A program made the position numbers and the translations under genes. Below, one piece after another: positions 53,834-64,000 of a DNA stretch of 64,000 nt. This DNA is from Paramecium tetraurelia (lineage: Eukaryota): assembly GCA_000165425.1 (NCBI GenBank), contig CT868675.1, positions 62,001 to 126,000 on the forward strand, given 5' to 3'. Under the pieces are notes generated by a model. That model ran no database searches. It was not told the DNA's origin and worked only from the letters and a program-made list of their open reading frames with translations. Position 1 is the stretch's first letter, and each line of letters opens with the position of its first letter.

Positions 53834-56464
53834 TCATGAAAATTACAATGTTAATTTGAACACTCCAGTGGTTTCACCAAACTCAAGTCCTATTCCTTCA
53901 TTTAATTATATATTAGATATATATGGGAAAGTATTTTCATTGCTGTATGAACATTCAACAATTTTCTACATTAAAATTATGAATTACATTGCTAGAACAC
54001 TTAATGGTTTAAGAGGGCGATAAACCATATATTTTCAATCTACTGATAAATAATGGATATGATGCTGGTCCTCCGTTATCAGCTCTTACGATTGTAAATT
54101 CCGCTTGATTGTCTTATTTTGAGAAATTAACATTAAGAATGCAGTTTAATTGATCACATTTCTCTACGATCTATAATTATAATTCAAATGAATATTTACC
54201 TTTTAATCGGAGAATTCATCTAAGTCTATCATGGTACCAAAAGAATCCTTTTCCCCAATGGCTATGACAGCATAATAGTGATTTTTAAGATCCTTAACAG
54301 ATTTCACTTAAGTAATATTTTATTACAAGATAATACTACCCCCTTTTATATATAAGGGTACATAATCTGTGTATTTACACATAACAAAATGTTCTTACCC
54401 TGGATCTTCTATTTTTTGTAATCTAGATCCACTTAAGAAATGATACCAATAAGACTTGGGGAAATAGGCTTTTCTAATGGTTTGACCTTCTACTAAGATA
54501 GGAGTGGCCATCAATTCATCTCCAATAAGAAATTAAGTATCTAAGACTTCATCTTTGAAAAGATTAACATCATCATTAAATTCAAAGAAGACTGGACGAA
54601 ATATTGTACCTGTGTGATTAGATCTCAAAAACAAGGAGTAATACCATTTGATAATAGAATATCTTAATTTAACATTTCTTCTGGCAGCCAACAAGACATC
54701 ATCACCGAGAGAGTAGAATTCTTGATCCTTGGCTCTGTCGTTATTGTGATTTCTGAAAAATGGATAAAGACTACCCAATTACACCCAACGAGCACACAAT
54801 TTAGGAGTAGTGTTATCTAAGAATCCGCAAACATCAGCACCTACCATGGGGATACCAAAGATGTTGAATTACATAGTAGATCCAACTGATAAATACAGGA
54901 AGGTATAAGATGCTTCGTTGTCTCCTTCCCAATGCTAAGTGAAATGTCCACTGCCTGGAAATGTGGATCTTGAAATAATGAAAGGCAATGGTTTTCCGAT
55001 TTCTTTTTATGCTTGGTAAGTTTCAAATGATTCTTGCAATCCATACAGATTATGAACATCTTTATGGAGATGTTTACCATAATGGAACAGATTCGGAGGA
55101 AGAGTCATCTTTTCAAGTGGTGACACTCCTGGAATGTAAGGGAATCTAATGTGATTATTTTTGTAAGTTTCATTCACATCAGTGTAGTCCATTGTAGAAT
55201 TCCATTTATCTCTTCCTTATTGTAGATCACATTCTCCATCGCAGAAATTAGTTGGTTCATTCATGTCAATCCATAATCCACTAAAATTAGTGCTTTAATA
55301 GAGATGCTTGATCATAGTTCTCCAATAGGTTGAACAATTGGGATGAAAGAAATCAGGGAAATATGAAGATCCTGGCCATACCTTGCCTCTGAATCTTTGA
55401 CCTGTATTTGGAGATCTTAAGAAGATATCTAAATTGATCCCCTCTCTGAATCCTTTATCTTGTTTACCATATTTAACTCCAACTGCAACATCAATGATTG
55501 GAATGTAATTCACTCCTAATTGATTCTAGATTTCTTCGAAGTCATTCTTATGGAACCTCATCTCATCGACTGAAAAGATCTGTCTATCATTCATGTAATC
55601 AATATCTGACCATATGGTATCTAAGGGGATATCGTGTTCCTTGTGCTTATAAACGTACTCCTTTAGTTTTTGACTGCTTTTGATTGGCCATCTACTATGA
55701 TGATAACCCATAGCCCAAAAAGGATGCAATGCCCAACCTCCTAAATATGAGTGATACAATTTAACTGCAGTCTCAGGATCGTAGTCGCCTAAGAAGAGTT
55801 TCAGTTGCAGTATTCCACCGATATATTTGAAAGTCAACTTATCGTCTTTATATATGACATCCATTGGAGAACTATTCTTAAAAAATAACACATGGTATTT
55901 GCCTGATCTTTCTCTCATCAAATAAACTGGGTGAGATGAATAGACACCTTTGCCTGGTTACTTCCCATCCTCTAATAATTACGGTACATCTTTTGCCATC
56001 AGAGTGTAAATTCCTTCCTTGAATCTGAATCCTTTCTGATTTCTCTCTCCCAATCCAAATAAGTATTTGGTTGGTATTTTTATTGTAAATTCGCTGTATA
56101 ATTCGGAGACTATAATATCATATAAAGATAGCATGGTTTCTTATGTGTCAGCTCTGATAACATTAAATTTAAAAGGGGATTCATCTATTTTAGTTTCGTA
56201 ATCATAATGCGAACATGCGATTGGATTAATGATATCATTATAAATGCTCTTAAAGGGCTCCATGTCAGATGGAATATGAAATTGTCGTTTTTCAAGATCT
56301 TCAATCTTGATATCCAATTGATTGTAGGATTCATATGTAGCAAACACACTCAAATTGTACATCGGATTGTCTTCTCTTTCATAAAACATAGTTTATGTGA
56401 TGAGTGTTGAATTCTCATAAAGATAAGAAGCCAATATTAAAGGAATGTACAATATTAATAACAT
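53834..56464 (-). CDS. glycoside hydrolase family 31 alpha-glucosidase (signal peptide; lysosomal or secreted)
   Basis: WSDIDYM, GKVWPG, GLWIDMNEP (nucleophile), DVHNLYG, SRSTF, HWEGDN, GADVCGF, YPFFRNHN. Confidence 0.95.
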
Positions 56465-56470
56465 AATATA

Positions 56471-58567
<2,097 letters not shown>

Positions 58568-58628
58568 TTAATTACCTCAAATTAATTTTTAATTCCGAAT
58601 CAAAATCAATCTCCTTAATTATCAAAAT

Positions 58629-58651
58629 TTCCCAATTATTCTAGAAATATC
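58629..58651. promoter_or_regulatory. possible heat-shock element upstream of mtHsp70
   Basis: TTC-n7-TTCtaGAAatATC, about 60-85 bp upstream of the Hsp70 ATG. Confidence 0.3.
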
Positions 58652-58855
58652 CATTAATTATTATTATATATTATATTTATTCATCTCCTCCTTTTTCCTC
58701 TTTCCACTTCTCCTCAATTCCATGTTGCATCTCCATCCACCTTCATCCAGTTTCTGTACAAATGACAATCAAATTAATGTTAAATTTATTAATCATCAAA
58801 TTTAAATATTTTTTAATTCATTTATATTCATAAAAAATAATCAAATGCTTCCTCC

Positions 58856-61800
58856 TCAAGGTGATTAAAATCTCAAAGGCTGAGTCTCATCCAAACTCTG
58901 TCTTTGTTGATCATTCTCCGCCTTCTAACTATACTACGAGTATTTCTTCAATTGCCAATTCTCCTATTGCAACAAATCCCTCCTCTCAACCTTATAGTTC
59001 TGCTTCTTCCTATCACTTAACTTATCAAAATCATCTTGCACCAAAATCGTCGGCCTAATCGACATAAACCTATCCCTCTATCAACCATAATTACTTTAAA
59101 AAGGACGTAACCACCGTTATAAATGAAATTGCTATTCTACAATAAGTCAAAATCTCCAATTCGCCCTCAAACTTCACAGCCTGACTCACTGTAAAATAGG
59201 TCTAAATCACTATCTATGGCAAGTCTTCAAATATAAACTATAGAAAATAGCCCTAAAATAATAAACTATTTATTCTACTTTCACTAAATTACTCATTGAT
59301 TTACCAGCTGAATTTGGTACTATAGCTCTTGTAAATTTATTATTTGGTATTACTGACACATTGTATGGTGCAATAGAATCCAATAAGTTCGATAAGGCAG
59401 CGTTTCTTCCTTGAAATCCAATTGTGTAAAAGTCGTTAATGTATTAGGATGACAATTGTTGTATTTGTCTATTTTATTTGGATATTCTTTTCAAGATTAA
59501 ATACATGAAGTAGAGAAAATGAACCCCTGAAGTAGCAGCAGTAATCGCTATGGTTAGATAGAACAACTCATTATAATTGCAATTCTAAAGTACTAAAATG
59601 AATGTCACATCACCAAAAAGGTCGAACTTAAATAATTAGGACATAAAAAATTAAAGAATTCGATTCACTATTGCTGCTTATCTTGATTATCCTGCACTTT
59701 GTAAGCGAGAGATAATTTACTCAATCGATAGTTCAATTCTAGATTTCCTCTTTTCCTTGAATTACCTTTCTATTGTTTGACCACCATTTGTATCCAAAGC
59801 ACTCGATTTTAGTTTGTATTCAGTAATCTCAATTTCTGATTCATTAAACTATACTGCATGTTCCAAAGCTGTAACGTATTCTGGAATTACATCTGAAATC
59901 GAAAAGTACAGATATCCTTCAACCAAAGCAGAAATAACCGCAAATCCAGCATAACAATAGTATTACAAATACCCTTTAGTTACTTAACATTGTTATTCGT
60001 TTTCATGGGTCGCAAATTCAATCAAGAAAAATGGTGCGACTAAGGCAGCACCAAAAAATAAAAAGTTGGTTAAAACTAAAAGTAACAGATTTAATTTCTT
60101 AGTTGATAAGTAATTGTCCAACTTTTTGACTGAATCATCAAAAACATATTTTTAAGTTGGCTTAACAAAAGTATTATAAAAGTTGTACTTGGTCATTCGA
60201 AGCAAATTAGACCAATAATTTCCTTAGGCTTCTGTATAAGCTGTTTCTCTCAACCCATATCCAATACCGATGTTCAAAAAGTCATCAAATTTATAATCAA
60301 TTACTGAATATTAAAAGTAATAGGTGTCATATAATATAGAGTACAATCCCTTTATTGCTTATAGACTGAGTGTTCCTTAAATTCTGATCTTCGAGGGAGG
60401 AATCAATCTACACAATGAAATGAAGTCTCTTTCTGTATAACCTTTTTATAACATCTTTTCAACTAGATCATCGTTTAATGTATATTCCATCATTATTTAA
60501 TCAATTTAACACTAATAGAATTGAATATTCTCCCAAATTTGCAGCACATCAAATTGGTGTAACTTTTCTAAAGATTAAGAATCTGCTTGGATTAAACTTA
60601 TTTTTTTGATTTTGTTTTCCTTCTAACTAAGAAATATGTAAGTCTCTCTTTAAAAGATCATATAATATGGGTATGGCTTTGCTGGTTTCTCCTTTGTGTA
60701 TCTAAATAGATTTGAGAACTTGTCTAAAGTGGCTAAATTTATGATTAGGTGAGAATCTTCTGGGTTCGAAAGTTTTAAGATTTATAAATAATGTTCCAAA
60801 AAGTTTAGATGAAATTAGGAAAACTTTAAAATTTCTGTGCAATCAATGTGACTGGGTATGATCAATTCAGTTGTATTATAGATTAAGGAATTCAAAATTT
60901 CTATTTGATCTCCTAAATTAATTGGAATTTCATCATAGATACCTTACTTCCAACACTTATAATCAATTTTAATGGGTAAATCCTCAGGAGCTTAATATTA
61001 TTATGATTTTTGAGACAAATATTAAGCTATCATAGTTTTTAGAGTCACATTGTAACATAACAATGTATGTAATGGAAGTAATTTATTTTTTGAGACAGCT
61101 GCTCTTTTTCTAGCAGCATTCATTATTGAATTCAACTTCTCCTCAGAATCTAGTTGAGTACTCGTCATATTTAATTCTATTAGGTAAACCTTTGGATGAA
61201 AAATGAAATTATTGAAGATATCTTTCCATCCTACTTCTGTTAAGAAATTGTTCTTGGAAAAATTTAATCTCTTCAAAGGGAATTAGAAATCACCTGATTT
61301 AGAATTTAAATATTTTAATGCATTATAAGAGATATTATTGGCTATTCCATCATTCAGAGCCATAAAATGAAGATTCAAGATTTCCAAATAAGGTGCCTTG
61401 TCAGTAAAAACAAAAGTTCTCAAAAACTTCTACCAAACTGCTTTATCTTAAAATAACTCATTTTTTCCAATGTCCAAATAACGAAGAGGAAATATCCTAG
61501 TAAATTACCTTTGGTTTCTCTTCTGAAAATGCAGCCAATCAACGGCATACTTGATCATATCAGTAACCATTTTATCATCCAATTCTATGGCCTATAGTTC
61601 TATTCGTTCTATATTGATATATTCATAGTAAATTAAATTATTAAACAATAAGTCCATGCCCTCCTATCCAATGTGGAATGAATGTAAGATGCATATTCTT
61701 TTTAATGTCAAATAGAAGGATTTCTAACGCCAAGTATAAGTGATTCTATCCCTCAACTTCTATGCAGAATTAACAATTGCTTTTATAGCAGGTATTCTTA

Positions 61801-64000
61801 GATCGCAATTCATCAATACTAATTCCTCTAAAACACTGTCTTCATTGTATATTATCTTAGAGGAAATTAAAGTCAAAGCATCAACATCCAATTAAATTTT
61901 AGAATTATAATCAATCCCCATATCCAATTTTAGATATCTAAATTTATAAATGGAATAATTCAGTTATAAATTAGCAAAACTAACAGCATCCCTCAATATT
62001 AAATCTGTAAATCCAAACATTTCATTAAAGATTAGATTATAATAAAAAAAATAAGTGTCCTCATGCTCTATTTTATTCAATTCCAATTTGCTTCCTAATT
62101 TTGGAGTCATACAAATTTAATGCAATAGATAATTAGCATCATTCTACTTTAGATATATTATTTTGTAAATCTTCAAAAGTTTCAAAGTCTCAACTGACTT
62201 CTAGAGAAAATGGAAGAATTCCATATCAACACTGATCTCTGCATTAATGATGAGACTTTGCAGTTTCAATTTCTGTGCCTTGCATACTTCAAATATATGT
62301 TAGAATATGCTATCTGCATTGGGAGTTGTAATTTCCAAATACTCTAATTAGCTCTCTTAAAGGAAAAGCAAAGTAAACATCTTATATATTGAGGACATGT
62401 GATTTTTGCCCTTATCATCTACCGATATTTTTAATTTCTCTATTTTGCAAATGTTCTCTGGTTAAATTTCAAATTGCTTTATTTAGTCAAATAGTATTCC
62501 TTTCGAAATTGTCAGTGATTTGATCGGAAAGACTTTACCCAAAATGAAATAATTTAAAAATTTATTAGATTAATCTGATGTCAATTTATCTTCACAATTT
62601 TCAATTGACAATTTTTCAAGCTAGTATGATTATCGTTTATCACATAGAGTCAATAGGATCTATAAAAATGATTCCTTGAATCCATTGATAGATAATTTTT
62701 TTAAATTAATTTGATTATTACAAAGAAATAGACTAAAGAATTGCTCAATGCTTTGTTTACTTTGAGTAGTAACTTAATTAATATGAATATCCTCTAGTTT
62801 GATAAATTAAATTTGTAATGTGTTTTCAGGCTTTGATTCCAAGTATTTCTAAAAAAAATCGATAGACTTTTTGCAACAAGTCATAAATAAATCTAAATCT
62901 AAATGAGACAATTTTAGTTTTCTTAATTAACTATATGGGAATAAAATTAACCCAATTATGATTCTTGTGTAAATTTAACTTTTCATTTCAAGGTATTCTA
63001 ATTATGATTAACCATTATTTTTAAGAATAAAATTCTGAAATTCCAAATCAATATTTAATTGTTACAATTATTAAGGAAATTAAGGTTTAAAGAGTTACGG
63101 GTTATAATACAATTTTGATTTTAAACCAAGTAGAGATTAGGTAACAAATAGCGAATTCTCATTGATTAGCATATTAATGTCATCTTAACGAGTATCTTAA
63201 AGGGCTTTTTGAAGGTGTAGAGGTTAATTCAGATGAAGGATTGAGTTAAATATCTAGATTAAATATTTAAATTACATTAAGCCATTAGCTTTCTGAAATA
63301 TCAGGGTTGTTTGATAAATTAATTTATCTCAATGAAAAGATTCTTTTAAATTCTAGAATGTTATTTGCAATTAATTGTAATTGTTAACATATTGGATTAA
63401 TCATATCATCATTTAAATTACAATTATCTAAATTTAATGTTTCTAGCAATTATCTGTCAAAATTCAAGATTAAATTCTCAACCATCCATTCAAATAAGTT
63501 AGTATCTGTAATAGAGCAACTCTTCATAGTGAATAGTTTCAAAGTAAATAAGTTGATCTCTTCAATGTAATTTTCTCTGACTTTCATCATTGCTTAAGTT
63601 AAATTCTTGCACCTAATGATTTCAAGTTTTTCAACCTGACTGATAGGAAAAAAAAATGATAAAAAATCGTAGCTCAAAGAACAATCTATAAATTTAAGAT
63701 CATTAAGTGATAATAATGGAATCTATTCGGGATCTTAGGAGGACTTTGTGTTTTAAATAAACAGAGCTGAAGTTTAAGTCATACCTAAAGTAAAGTTATA
63801 ATCCAAGTTTAGAGAATTGAAAACAAGTGACTATAATTTTCTATTTGAAAATATGAAAGTTTGAGCTAATCGATTCCATAACTCTTTCGTTTATACTTAA
63901 AATTCTTCAAATTCCAAATAACTTAAATCCTCTAATGGATTAACATTCTTTGGTATAATGGTAGCTTGCAGATTTTCAATTAGGTTATTAAAATTCACTG
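58856..64000 (-). CDS. giant RNI-like leucine-rich-repeat protein with C-terminal multi-TM (XK-like) domain; 5' end outside the window
   Basis: LRR-like units LRYLDIGKN, KRLNFSKNNFLTEVGW, LEELVLMNCDL; C-terminal TMs with KFDLFGDVTFI and FEDLPQIVIQ; TGA at 58856. Confidence 0.7.

Overview
Gene-dense, very AT-rich eukaryotic DNA, almost certainly ciliate (Paramecium-type) macronuclear sequence. Genes only open up if TAA/TAG are read as Gln (code 6, TGA the sole stop), and they are split by ~20-33 nt GT..AG introns, so the supplied standard-code ORF track is fragmented and partly spurious. I hand-translated about 30 genes. Recognisable products: a CNBD-type channel homologue, PRELI protein, P2C (Na/K-type) ATPase, LysM protein, TPR protein, tetraspanin-like protein, inositol polyphosphate kinase, CCT3, PKA catalytic and regulatory subunits, two tandem PAS/multi-TM giants, YtcJ-like amidohydrolase, CFAP161-calcyphosin fusion, a large secreted repeat protein, PP2C, GH31 glucosidase, mitochondrial Hsp70 and a giant LRR/XK-like membrane protein. 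The most striking candidates are an intronless UBA + YacP/Rae1-like NYN RNase gene (53024-53785) and the secreted protein with 15 'YExYWDxxxxxYxWR' repeats (43650-48427). No tRNA/rRNA, CRISPR, transposon or telomere repeats were recognised. All gene models and family calls come from manual translation and motif memory; none has been checked by a database search.
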